Source: an uncultured Acidobacteriota bacterium (GTDB lineage: Bacteria > Acidobacteriota > Vicinamibacteria > Vicinamibacterales > 2-12-FULL-66-21). From it: a stretch of DNA of 64,000 nt. The stretch spans positions 976,721 to 1,040,720 of the forward strand of contig CAVVOD010000003.1 of NCBI GenBank assembly GCA_963749835.1, in the 5' to 3' direction. Below are positions 24,397 through 34,230 of the stretch, piece after piece. The translations under genes and the position numbers were made by a program. Under the pieces are notes generated by a model. It was not told where the DNA came from. It worked only from the letters and a program-made list of their open reading frames with translations, and did not search any database. Each line of letters opens with the position of its first letter. Position 1 is the stretch's first letter.

Positions 24397-27300
24397 TCAT
24401 CGCACGGTGACCCGAACAACCTTCGCCGGGATGAACCCGCCCTTCGCGGTGCTCCACGCGAACACCGCCAGATTGTACGTCCCCGGCGGGAGCGAATCGA
24501 CAACGATCCCGTAGCCACTCTTTCTGAAGCGCTCACCGTAGATGCGGGCCACGTCCGGGCGTGCGCCCCCATAGGACGCAGCGCCGACAAAGATCGGATC
24601 GCCACCGCCCGCCGGGTAGGCCCACACGTGGACTGCGTCGATGCCGGTGCCGGTCTGACCATCCACGTCGAGCGCCCATCCGGCGATCACCAGCGACCGC
24701 GCGACATTCGCATTCGGTGCCGGCGTGTCGATCGCCACCTGCGGCCCGACGCGATTGCTTCCCTTCGGGTGGAGGACGATGCGGATTTCGCGGCGTGCGA
24801 CGGGGCGTCCGCCGGCCCATCGTACGAACACGAGATCGTAGCCATGCAGGAAACCCACACCAGGCTGCCACGTGAAGGTGCCCGTTGCCGCATCCAGATG
24901 CGATCCTATCGGCAGCGCGCCGACATGGTCCCCGGCACGCAGATAGCCTGTGTAGTGCGCGGTGGTCGAGGAAGGACCGCCCGGTCCGATGATGTCCCCG
25001 AGGAGCAGCTCGACACGGTCGGTCTCTTCCGCGTCGACAACGGCGCGGCCGCGCGCATCGGGTTCGATCGTGTGAAATGGCGCCTCGAGATCGAATCCGC
25101 GACGGCCGATAAAGCGACGCGGCTCCAGCGGTAGCGCGCCGAGCTCGGTCGGAGGAATGGACTCTGTCAGCGCAGGCGCCTCGAAGGTCAGGGACGCGGT
25201 CTGGCTGGCCTGGCGCTGCGCTCCGGCAACCACTCGACCCGGCAGCGGTCCGGCGCTGAGCCCCGAGCTGTTGGCGACCGTGAAGTAGCGGCTGCCAATC
25301 CCACTGGACAGACCATTGGCCGCCGTCACGCCCCACGCAATCGTGTGCACACCGTTGGCCAGCGTTGTCGTGTCGATCGGCGCCACGCCAAGCGCATTTG
25401 CCACGCCCGCGTAGGTCGCGACGGGAAACAGCGTGGTCAGGTCCGAGCGGCTGCTCCAGCCACCGGGAGACGCGACGTTCACGCCGTCGATGAAGACCGA
25501 CACTGTGCCGTGCGGGGGATACGCGAGCGTCGCACCCCGGGCCAGCACCCACCCGAAGTTATTGACCAGGCCCTGCACCGTTTCTCCCTGCAACGGCGTG
25601 TCGATCGCTCCGAACGGGGCTGTCGACACATCGTTGGTGCACGTGATGGTGCGAGTCCCCAGGACTACGCTGTGCCCGTCCGCATCGTCAGCGATCGCGT
25701 AGAGCTTGAACGTCCCGTTCCCCTGGTTGGGAAGGAAGTTCGTGAGCATCAGATACCCCCAGCCGGCGCGTGTGTTCCGGGGCAGCGTCGAAAACGACTG
25801 AGCGACGTCAGTTCGTGCTCCCTCGACGAACACGGCATTGCCGATGAAGATCTGCGCCGATCCTTCACCGGGAACCGGGTCCCGCAGTATCCGCAACGTC
25901 CGAACCTCGACGTCGTCGAGCGCCCAGCCGGTCACCGGGATCGAACCGGCGACACCGGTGGCGTTGGGCAACGGTGTGTCGAACGCGCCGGTCGGCACCG
26001 CTGACGTGCCATTGGCCATGGTGGTGAGCCTGACCGCGATGGGGCCGGTGCTGTTTCCAGCGCCGGCCAGCGTCAGCGTGATGGTGGCGTTGCGGACCGC
26101 GGCGGTCGCCACGGCAGCGGTGAACTGCACGGCGACCGACAGCGTCGCAGGTCCGGTGCCTGAAGTGGGCGTCACCGTCAGCCAGGGTTGATTCGACGCG
26201 GCCGTCCACGTGACGGGGCCGGCGCCGCCCTGTGTCAAGCGCACGGTTTGCGCGGCCGTCTTCTGGACGAACGCGGCCCCGTTGCTCGTGGCGGCAAACT
26301 GCAGCGAGGTCCGATCCAGGGTCAGTGTGGGCACGAGTCCCCCGCCGAACGTCACTTTCCGGATCCTCTGATTATTGGAGTCGCCGATGTACAGGCTTCC
26401 AGCGGCGTCCATCGTCATGGCCTGTGGGAATCGCAGCATCGCTGCCGCCGCGGATCCCCCGTCGCCTCCGAACCCCGCAATACCTGTCCCTACCACCGTC
26501 GTGATCACACCTGCCGTCAACTTCCGGACGCGTTGGTTCGATGCGTCCAGAATGAACAGGGATCCGTCGGTGGCTGCCGCCATGTCTCTCGGGTTGTTCA
26601 GCATCGCCGATGGCCCGGGCCTGTCACCGTTGAACCCGGCGGATCCGGTGCCCGCCACCGTCGTGATCACGCCCGCCGGTGTGACTTTGCGAACGCGGTG
26701 ATTGAGCGTGTCGCCGATATAGATGTTGCCTGCGGCGTCGACTTCGATACCCAGCGGCAGGTTCAGCATCGCAGAGGTCGCCTGTCCGCCGTCGCCGCCA
26801 TAGCCCTTGGTGCCTGTTCCCGCGATCGTGCTGATTGTTCCGGAAGGAGTGACCTTTCGGATGCGGTGGTGAAGGCTGTCACAGATGTACAGGTTGCCCG
26901 ACGCGTCAACGATGAGCCCACTGGGGCCGATGATTTGCGCGGCCGTCGCCGGCCCGCCGTCGCCGAGAGTGCTCCCGCCACCGGCCACAGTCGTGATGAT
27001 GCCAGTCGCGGCGGTGACCTTTCGAACCCGGTTGTTGAAGTCGTCTGAGATGTACAGATTCCCGGCTGCATCGACGGCGAGGTCAGCCACGCCGTTGAAT
27101 ATTGCGCTGGTTGCGGCCCCACCGTCGCCAAAGAACCCCATCTGCCCGGTGCCAGCGTACGTGCTGATGATCCCTCCAGGCGTCACCTGGCGGACGCGCA
27201 TGTTCTCGTAGTCGCCGATGAACAGGTTGCCCGCGGCGTCCACGGCGACGCCACCCGGGAAATTGAGCCTTGCCAGCGTGGCTTGTCCGCCGTTGCCGGT

Positions 27301-27465
27301 GAAGCCGATGGATCCGTTGCCGGCCACGGTCGTGATTATGGAAGAGGGAACCTGGGCGTCGGGATGGTCAGCGGTCCACACGAGCAGGATGATCGCGAGC
27401 GCGTTCATCCACGTGCACAACCTTCGGCGTGACCCGCGCGAGGCGGACAGTGGCTTCCCGGGCAT
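24397..27465 (-). CDS. Large secreted NHL-repeat protein with C-terminal Ig/BACON-like and beta-sandwich regions
   Basis: At least six repeats of the form GDGG.AT.A.LN.P.G..VDAAGNLYI.D..NHR(V/I)RKVT. Later region is LTLDRTSLQFAAT...PWLTVTPTSGTGPATLSVAV. Start chosen at MPGKPLSASRGSRRRLCTWMNALAIILLVWTA; 27408 is an alternative. Confidence 0.8.
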   Translation of the reverse strand: MPGKPLSASRGSRRRLCTWMNALAIILLVWTADHPDAQVPSSIITTVAGNGSIGFTGNGGQATLARLNFPGGVAVDAAGNLFIGDYENMRVRQVTPGGIISTYAGTGQMGFFGDGGAATSAIFNGVADLAVDAAGNLYISDDFNNRVRKVTAATGIITTVAGGGSTLGDGGPATAAQIIGPSGLIVDASGNLYICDSLHHRIRKVTPSGTISTIAGTGTKGYGGDGGQATSAMLNLPLGIEVDAAGNIYIGDTLNHRVRKVTPAGVITTVAGTGSAGFNGDRPGPSAMLNNPRDMAAATDGSLFILDASNQRVRKLTAGVITTVVGTGIAGFGGDGGSAAAAMLRFPQAMTMDAAGSLYIGDSNNQRIRKVTFGGGLVPTLTLDRTSLQFAATSNGAAFVQKTAAQTVRLTQGGAGPVTWTAASNQPWLTVTPTSGTGPATLSVAVQFTAAVATAAVRNATITLTLAGAGNSTGPIAVRLTTMANGTSAVPTGAFDTPLPNATGVAGSIPVTGWALDDVEVRTLRILRDPVPGEGSAQIFIGNAVFVEGARTDVAQSFSTLPRNTRAGWGYLMLTNFLPNQGNGTFKLYAIADDADGHSVVLGTRTITCTNDVSTAPFGAIDTPLQGETVQGLVNNFGWVLARGATLAYPPHGTVSVFIDGVNVASPGGWSSRSDLTTLFPVATYAGVANALGVAPIDTTTLANGVHTIAWGVTAANGLSSGIGSRYFTVANSSGLSAGPLPGRVVAGAQRQASQTASLTFEAPALTESIPPTELGALPLEPRRFIGRRGFDLEAPFHTIEPDARGRAVVDAEETDRVELLLGDIIGPGGPSSTTAHYTGYLRAGDHVGALPIGSHLDAATGTFTWQPGVGFLHGYDLVFVRWAGGRPVARREIRIVLHPKGSNRVGPQVAIDTPAPNANVARSLVIAGWALDVDGQTGTGIDAVHVWAYPAGGGDPIFVGAASYGGARPDVARIYGERFRKSGYGIVVDSLPPGTYNLAVFAWSTAKGGFIPAKVVRVTVR

Positions 27466-27669
27466 TCTTTGCCTCTCTTCTTGACGAGACCGGCGAAGCG
27501 ATACCCGAGGTGCCCACGCAGTTCTTCCTACCCGGGGATGCGAATCGCTCACCGTCGGCGCGGGCAGCTCGACTGTATACGCCAACAGCACGCCAGATGC
27601 AATAGCGACAATGACGCGTGTCTCCCCCGACGGCCCGCGGGAACGTTGCTGTTAGTATCTGCAGCTGTG

Positions 27670-29049
27670 ATGCGTGGGTGGCGAGCCTTCGGGGCCGCGG
27701 GAGCTGTGTTCGTCGCGAGCGTCCTGTTCCTCGGCGTCGTACTCGACTTCCTCGCCCCCGATCTCTCGTATCAAATCAAGGACCGCGCCGCCGAGTTGTT
27801 CTCCGGCCAGGGCGGTCGGAAGTTCCGCATTGCGCTCGGATCGTCGGGAGGCTCGAGCTATCGGGCGGGTACCGTCCTCAACCGATATCTCAACGCAAAG
27901 GCCGGCTACGAGCTGGAGCTGCTCGTGACCGCATCGCCCGGAAATCTCGGCGCGCTGCTGGACACCAGCAACCCTGTCGATCTCGCCATCATCAGCAGCG
28001 CAGCTGACGAAGCCGGGAAAGCTGATGCCGTTTACGGACTCGCCGCCCTCGAGTCGCAGTACTTCTTCGTCATGGTCCCGAACGACAGTCCCGTTCAGGA
28101 GATCCGCGATCTCGCGGGTGCGGTGAACCCTGGCGTGCGGGAGACGGGACAGCCCGAGACCCTCGGCGAACGGGTGCTCGACTACTACGGGCTTCTCTCT
28201 CCTCCTTCGACACCCAGCGGCCCGGGCCCTCGTGCGTCGATCGTCAGGCCGAAGCAGGGCATCGTCGCGGATTTCGCGAGGGGGCACATGATCGCCGCGA
28301 CGAGGACGCAGCCGCTGCACTCGAATCTGATTGAAGAGCCGTTGCGGGACGGCCGATACCGTCTCGTGCCGGTCCGCGACAACGAAGCGCTCGCCAGGTC
28401 CCTCCCGGGAACCAGGGCTGGGGTCATTCCACCGGGTCTCTATGGTCCTGGACGACGGATTCCACAGGAGCCGGTGCCGACGGTGATGGTCACGCAGCTG
28501 CTGGTGTCCCGCGGTGACCTTCCGGGCCGGGTGGTGCGCGACATTCTGGAAGCCGTCTACCACCCGCAGTTCGCGCGCGACGTCCAGTACGATCTGAGCG
28601 AGGAAGCGGGACGGAAGGTCGGCGGCCTCCGGCTGCACCCGGCCGCCGAAATCTACTATCACCGCAACGATCTCCTGACGTCGGATCGGCTGGGACGCCT
28701 GTCCTTTGTCGCGTCCGCCATCGCAGCCGCAGCCGCGGCCATTCAGTTCATTTCGCGCTTCCGCCGGAGCGAGCGCGTGCGACGCCGCCGACGCCTGCTC
28801 GGATCCGAGCTCGCAAAGCTCGAGGCGATCCGTCATCGGATCGAGGATTCTCCTGACTCGAGCACGGCGCACGAACTGATCCGCGAAGCCGACGATCTGC
28901 TGTCCAGCGCGGAACAGGATGCCGCGGCGGGCCTGCTGGACACGGAGGGTATTCAGTCCCTGCGATCTCTGCATCAGTTGTGCTGGCGAGCCGTTGAACA
29001 TCGGCGTACCAGGCCCGAGAGCACAGTTCATGAGAAGGCGCTGGCCTGA
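27670..29049 (+). CDS. TAXI-like solute-binding-domain protein anchored by N- and C-terminal TM helices, with a charged C-terminal tail
   Basis: ATG at 27670 (MRGWRAFGAAGAVFVASVLFLGVVLDFLA). KFRIALGSSGGSSYRAGTVLNRYLN resembles TAXI-family TRAP receptors. Second TM is LSFVASAIAAAAAAIQFI, followed by RRSERVRRRRRLLGSELAKLEAIRHRIED... Confidence 0.6.
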   Translation: MRGWRAFGAAGAVFVASVLFLGVVLDFLAPDLSYQIKDRAAELFSGQGGRKFRIALGSSGGSSYRAGTVLNRYLNAKAGYELELLVTASPGNLGALLDTSNPVDLAIISSAADEAGKADAVYGLAALESQYFFVMVPNDSPVQEIRDLAGAVNPGVRETGQPETLGERVLDYYGLLSPPSTPSGPGPRASIVRPKQGIVADFARGHMIAATRTQPLHSNLIEEPLRDGRYRLVPVRDNEALARSLPGTRAGVIPPGLYGPGRRIPQEPVPTVMVTQLLVSRGDLPGRVVRDILEAVYHPQFARDVQYDLSEEAGRKVGGLRLHPAAEIYYHRNDLLTSDRLGRLSFVASAIAAAAAAIQFISRFRRSERVRRRRRLLGSELAKLEAIRHRIEDSPDSSTAHELIREADDLLSSAEQDAAAGLLDTEGIQSLRSLHQLCWRAVEHRRTRPESTVHEKALA

Positions 29050-29052
29050 TTC

Positions 29053-29286
29053 CTACTCCGGCGTGTGGCACACGGCCTCGATGTTGTAGCCATCCGGGTC
29101 CAGGACGAATGCGCCGTAGTAGTTCGGGTGGTATTCCGTGCGGAGCGCCGGCTCGCCGTTGTCGCGACCGCCTGCGGCCAGCGCGGCGCGATGGAATGCG
29201 TGAACGGGACTGCATGATGGCACACTGAACGATCTGCGCAGGTGCTGATCATGGCGGATTGAGGCGATCCCGGGATGGTCGGGCAT
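29053..29286 (-). pseudogene. VOC/glyoxalase-family remnant (C-terminal half only)
   Basis: FHRAALAAGGRDNGEPALRTEYHPNYYGAFVLDPDGYNIEAVCH is the conserved C-terminal module of ~125-aa VOC proteins. No matching N-terminal half upstream; that space is occupied by the DUF2214-like gene on the other strand. Confidence 0.5.
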
Positions 29287-29323
29287 GCTTGCGAGCGCAT
29301 TCGAGGGACAGGTAGACTGAGCC

Positions 29324-29773
29324 GTGGTTGTCAGCGCGTTGCTGTCGGCGGTCCACGTCCTCACGCTGGCGCTCGGGCTCGGGGCCGTCTACATCCGCGG
29401 GCGCGCGCTCGGTGGCCCGCTCGATGACGCGGGCTGGCGACGGCTGCTCGCCGCCGACGCCGCCTGGGGCGCCGCCGCCGCACTCTGGATCACCTCGGGT
29501 CTCGGACGTGTGTTCTTCGGCGGAAAGGAACCGGCCTATTACTGGAGCAACGGCTTCTTCTGGATCAAGCTCGCGCTGTTCGGACTGGTGTTCACGCTCG
29601 AGCAGCCGCTGCTGACGACGTTCATCCGTGTGCGATCCGCACGCCGGCGCGGCGCGGCGATGCCACGATTCCCGGTTGAGGCCTACCGCCGGATCAACAC
29701 AGCCGAGGTCGTACTCGTCGTGTCGATCGTGTTCGTCGCGGCCTTCATGGCGCGCGGCGCCTGGCTGTTCTAA
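29324..29773 (+). CDS. Small integral membrane protein (DUF2214-like)
   Basis: 149-aa ORF with four hydrophobic helices (ALLSAVHVLTLALGLGAV, AAWGAAAALWITSGL, FFWIKLALFGLVFTL, VVLVVSIVFVAAFMA). Confidence 0.6.
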   Translation: MVVSALLSAVHVLTLALGLGAVYIRGRALGGPLDDAGWRRLLAADAAWGAAAALWITSGLGRVFFGGKEPAYYWSNGFFWIKLALFGLVFTLEQPLLTTFIRVRSARRRGAAMPRFPVEAYRRINTAEVVLVVSIVFVAAFMARGAWLF

Positions 29774-31899
29774 CCCGGATGTTCCAGCGACGTGAGGTAC
29801 TCGATGCCTTTCGCCTGCCACGGCTGCGCGCCGATGAGCAGACCGGCGGCCGTGGAGTCGACCGCCTTCGAGTAGTGGAAGCCCTGCGCGGACTCGCATC
29901 CCAGCTCAATCAGCCGTGTCGCCTGTTCGGCGGTCTCGACGCCTTCGGCCACCACGTCCATGCCGAGCGTATGAGCCAGCGCAACGATGGCGCGCACCAT
30001 CTCCGCTCCGTGGCGCTCGACGCCGATCCGGCTGACGAAGGAGCGATCGATCTTCACCGTGTCGATCTGAAGGCCGTGCAGGTGGCTCAGCGATGAGTAG
30101 CCCGTTCCGAAATCGTCCAGGCTCCATTCGATGCCCATGGCCTGCGCGTGGTCCAGCGTCACGCGCGCGGCGGCCATGTCGTTGATGAACGCGCTCTCGG
30201 TGATTTCCAGCTTCAGGCTCGACGCCTTCATGCCAGTGCTCGCCAGAATCGATTTCAGCTCCTCCACCAGTGTGGCGTCGGTGAACAGCTTGCTCGAGAC
30301 GTTGACGCACATCACGCCCGGCGCGTCAGATCCGTACTGCCGCTGCCACTGAACCATCTGCCGGCACGATTCGGTGAGCGTCAGCCGGGTGATGTCGTGG
30401 ATGAGCCCCGTATCCTCGGCGATCGGAATGAAATCGAGCGGGCCGACGAGCCCTCGCACGGGATGCCGCCAGCGCACGAGCGCTTCGAACCCTGAGATAC
30501 GCCCCGTGCGCAGCGACACGATCGGTTGATAGTGCAGCTCGAATCCCCCGGTGGCGATCGCGTGCCGCAGGTCGGTCTCCACGTGGAGACGGGAGATCGC
30601 CCGGTCGCGCATGGCGGGATCGAAGATTTCACAGGACGAGGTGCCGTCCGCTTTGGCGCGATTGAGCGCCAGCGTCGCATCGCGCAGCACCTCTTCGGGC
30701 CGCTCGTAGCCGGTCTTGCTGATCGCCACGCCGACGGTCGCAGACGTGAACACCTGATGACCATCCACGTCGAACGGCTCCTGGAGCGCAAGGAGGAGCC
30801 GCTCGGCCACGCGTATTGCGTCGCCGGCATCCCTGATGTCGTCAAGCAGCACGTCGAACTCATCCCCGCCGAGCCTCGCGAGCGTGGAGGCAGGCTCATC
30901 GCGGGCGACCCTGTCGGTCGGACGGAGGCTGGATTGAAGCCGCCGCGCGATGGCGACGAGCAGCCGATCGGCCGTCAGCGGTCCGAGACTGTCGTTGACG
31001 ACGTTGAACCGGTTCAGGCCGAGCGCCAGGAGCGCAAACGCCGGATGTGGCTTCCGCTTCTCGCGGTGGATCGCGCGCTCCACGAGATCCAGGAACAGCA
31101 GACGGTTCGGCAGGCCGGTCAGCGCGTCCGCGAGCTTGGTGTCGGTGATGTCGCTGAGCGAGCCGGCCAGCCGGGTGGCCTTGCCGGCTTTGTCCCTGAC
31201 CGCCGCGCCGCGGCTCAGCACCCACCGGAACGTGCCGCTGCGGTGAAGAATCCTGTGCTCGCTCTCGTAGTGATCGCTGCCGGCGGCGAGGTGCGCCGCG
31301 ATCCCACTCTTGACACGCTCGAGGTCCTCTTCGTGCACCCGGCCAAACCATTCGTCGGGGCTGCTCCCGATCTCCGGCTCCTCATGACCGAGCATCGCCT
31401 TCCAGCGGGGAGACCAGTAGACTTCGTTCGTGATCAGATTCCAGTCCCACAGCCCGTCATTCGATCCGAGCGCGGCAAGCGCGTACCGTTCCTCGCTGTC
31501 GCGCAGGTCCTCGACGGCCCACTTGTGCGCCAGATGCGTCTGAATTCGCGCCAGCGCCACCGCAAAGTCGATCGGCTTGGTGACGTAGTCGTTCGCCCCC
31601 AGGCGAAACGCCTCGACGATGCCGGCCCCCTCGCTTCGTGCGGTGACCATGATGACGGGAAGCTGGGTCTGGGAGCGCTGAAGACGAAGCCGGCTCAGCG
31701 TCTCGAGGCCGCTCATGCCCGGCATCTCCACATCCAGCAGAATGAGGTCGTACGAATCCCGATCGATACTCGCGAGCGCCTCGAAACCATCCGCGGCGAC
31801 GGTCACCAGGAACCCCTTCTGGCGCAACCGGCGGGAGAGGACGTCTCGATTGTCGTCGTTGTCGTCGACCACGAGCAGCGTGCCCTGCCGCGGTGTCAT
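29770..31899 (-). CDS. Response regulator with REC-PAS-GGDEF-EAL architecture (c-di-GMP turnover)
   Basis: 709-aa ORF. REC has DLILLDVEMPGMSG. PAS has GLWDWNL..EVYWSPRW. Intact GGDEF (LARLGGDEFDVLL). EAL domain has GFEALVRWRHP and later DDFGTGYSSL. Confidence 0.9.
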   Translation of the reverse strand: MTPRQGTLLVVDDNDDNRDVLSRRLRQKGFLVTVAADGFEALASIDRDSYDLILLDVEMPGMSGLETLSRLRLQRSQTQLPVIMVTARSEGAGIVEAFRLGANDYVTKPIDFAVALARIQTHLAHKWAVEDLRDSEERYALAALGSNDGLWDWNLITNEVYWSPRWKAMLGHEEPEIGSSPDEWFGRVHEEDLERVKSGIAAHLAAGSDHYESEHRILHRSGTFRWVLSRGAAVRDKAGKATRLAGSLSDITDTKLADALTGLPNRLLFLDLVERAIHREKRKPHPAFALLALGLNRFNVVNDSLGPLTADRLLVAIARRLQSSLRPTDRVARDEPASTLARLGGDEFDVLLDDIRDAGDAIRVAERLLLALQEPFDVDGHQVFTSATVGVAISKTGYERPEEVLRDATLALNRAKADGTSSCEIFDPAMRDRAISRLHVETDLRHAIATGGFELHYQPIVSLRTGRISGFEALVRWRHPVRGLVGPLDFIPIAEDTGLIHDITRLTLTESCRQMVQWQRQYGSDAPGVMCVNVSSKLFTDATLVEELKSILASTGMKASSLKLEITESAFINDMAAARVTLDHAQAMGIEWSLDDFGTGYSSLSHLHGLQIDTVKIDRSFVSRIGVERHGAEMVRAIVALAHTLGMDVVAEGVETAEQATRLIELGCESAQGFHYSKAVDSTAAGLLIGAQPWQAKGIEYLTSLEHPG

Positions 31900-32297
31900 G
31901 AGATGGCCGCCTTCGCGAGGAGCGACCCGATCTTGTCCACCAGCGATTCGAAGCGGACCGGCTTCGTGTCGAAATCGTCGCCGCCCGCAGCCAGCGCCAG
32001 CTCACGGTCGTTGGTCATCGCGTGGGCGCTCAGGACGATGATGGGGATGTGTCGCGTCGAGGCATCGGCCTTCAACTGGCGGGTCGCCTCCCATCCGTCG
32101 ATGATCGGCAATCCCAAGTCCATCAGGATCAGATCGGGATTCGCCGACCGTGCCACCGACACGGCCTGCTGGCCGTCCACGGCGACCACGATCTGGTAGC
32201 CGCGCCGCGCCAGGCGGCGACCAAGGGCATCGCGGCTCGCTTCGTTGTCTTCCACGACCAGAATCGTCGGCACAGTCACTCCACTCAACTCAATCAC
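31896..32297 (-). CDS. CheY-like single-domain response regulator
   Basis: 133-aa [17 protein letters not shown]...[22 protein letters not shown]...[10 protein letters not shown]. 4-nt overlap (ATGA) with the downstream GGDEF-EAL gene and 8-nt overlap with the kinase. Confidence 0.9.
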   Translation of the reverse strand: MIELSGVTVPTILVVEDNEASRDALGRRLARRGYQIVVAVDGQQAVSVARSANPDLILMDLGLPIIDGWEATRQLKADASTRHIPIIVLSAHAMTNDRELALAAGGDDFDTKPVRFESLVDKIGSLLAKAAIS

Positions 32298-34219
32298 CGC
32301 TTGCGGCGCCGGCCGGCGCCATCGACTCGGAGGTCACATCGATCATCGTGATCGGAAGACGGACGACGAACCGGGACCCTTCGCCGATGCGACTGTCGAC
32401 CGACACCGTGCCCCCCATCAGGTCGCAGAACCGCGAGACGATGGCCAGCCCGAGCCCGGTGCCGCCGTACTTGCGGGTGGTCGTGACGTCGGCCTGCGTG
32501 AAGGCCTCGAAGACCTTGCCGGCCTGTTCCGGGGTCATCCCGACGCCCGTGTCCGTGACGCTGAACTCGACGCAGTCGGTGCCGTCGACCGTGCACTCGC
32601 GCACGTCGACCGCGATGGTGCCGTCGCGCGTGAACTTGCTCGCATTGCTCAGGAGATTGAGCAGAATCTGACGCGTTTTCGTGACGTCGCCGAACATCGC
32701 CGGCACCGTGTGTTCGCCGCGCACGGTGAACGTGTTCCTGTTCTTCTCGAGCAGGGGCCTGACGGTGTCCACCACCTCGCCGATCAGGGTCTCGACGTGG
32801 AACGTCTCGAGCGAAAGCACCATCTTGCCGGCTTCGATCTTCGAGAGGTCCAGGATGCCGTTGATCAGGTCCAGCAGGTGCTTGCCGGCGAACTGGATGC
32901 GCCGGAGGTCCGCAATCGAGTCCGGGTGTCCCTCGTCTTCCGCAACTTCCTCCAGCAGCTCGCTGTAGAGAATGATGGCGTTCAGCGGCGTGCGGAGCTC
33001 GTGGCTCATGCTCGCCAGGAACTCGCTCTTGGCGCGGGTCGCCTTCTCTGCGTGCTGCTGCGTGACGCGCAGCTGATCGACCAGCGCGGCCAGCCGCTCG
33101 GCGTCTTTTCTCTGCGTGTCGTGGGCGGCTTCGAGCACCTGCGTGTAGCTGGCGAGCTCGCGCTCGGTCCGCTTGCGCTCGGTGATGTCGCGCATGTAGG
33201 CGGCGAACATCTTGGTCCCGTCGGAGGAGATCGGCGCGATGGCGATCTCCACCGGGAACTCCTCGCCTCCGCTGCGTGTCGCGGTGAACTCGAGGCGCCG
33301 GTTCAGGATCGCCGTATTGGCGATCGCGGGATCGCTCGCCAGCGCCGCCCGCAGCATCTCACGCTTCTCGGCCGGCACAATCGACGCGGCCAGCTCGGCG
33401 CCGACGGCGTCCGCCGCTGTGCGGCCGAATGTCTGCTCCGCGGCCGGATTGAACTGCGCGATGCGGCCGGACTCGTCCAGCAGGATCACGCAGTCCAGCG
33501 CGACGTCGAGGATGGCGTCGTTCCGCGCCCTGGCGTTGCGCGCGTCGGTCTCTGCCTCCTGGCGCGTGCGCACCTCGCGCTCGAGCGCGGCCGTCCGGTC
33601 GGCCGTCTGCTTCATTTCCACGATGCTGCGGTGGCAGGCCAGCACGAGAAAGACGTTTTCGAACAGGACCCAGGCGGCGTGCTCCAGCCAGCGCCATTCG
33701 CTCGCGACCACGACACCGTAAACCGACTGCGGCCAGAAGATCCCGCGCAACATATGGTCCAGCGCCACGACGACCGTCGCCGGAATCAGGACGCGCCAGT
33801 CGCGATAGAACGCAATGAACGCCAGCGAGCCGAAGACATGGAAGTGTGTTTCCAGGCGTCCGCCCGTCAGATGGATGAGCAGCGCGCCCATCAGCATCTG
33901 CGCCACGGCGATGACATACCGGGTCGACGTCATCCCGGGCCGGAATATGCCGAGGAGCGCCGGAAACAGACTGATGAGGCCGCCGAGGACGACCGCCGCC
34001 CACACGTGGAGATGGGTGCGGCTGACGAGGTCCGTCCCACGCGAGGGGCGACACCCACAGCGCGAAGACGATGCCCATCACCCACTGGAAGGCCATGAGC
34101 CCGGCAAACAGCCGGTCCGTGCGGCTGTAGATGTCGTGCTTGGCTTCAGCGAACAGCTGGCCGGCCCTGTTCGCGGTGGCGGCGTCGAGCGAAGCAGACT
34201 GGGAAGTGGACATTGACAT
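32290..34219 (-). pseudogene. Membrane sensor histidine kinase (TM sensor-PAS-HisKA-HATPase) with one apparent frameshift
   Basis: C-terminal 571-aa frame carries PAS, H-box [11 protein letters not shown] and the ATPase domain. The N-terminal membrane segment (MSMSTSQSAS...[24 protein letters not shown]) is in another frame (ORF 33359..34264). The frames meet at a CCC run near 34036-34038 (..[25 protein letters not shown]..). Confidence 0.75.
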
Positions 34220-34230
34220 GCGCCTGATGC

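Noticed and set aside
22518-25134. 565-aa and 340-aa plus-strand ORFs opposite the M20, HExxH and NHL genes
   Set aside because: Same antisense high-GC artefact. The composition is dominated by R/G/P/A with no recognisable domains.
29249-29899. 216-aa minus-strand ORF overlapping the DUF2214-like gene
   Set aside because: The composition is charged and Arg-rich. The opposite-strand ORF has a coherent four-helix membrane profile.
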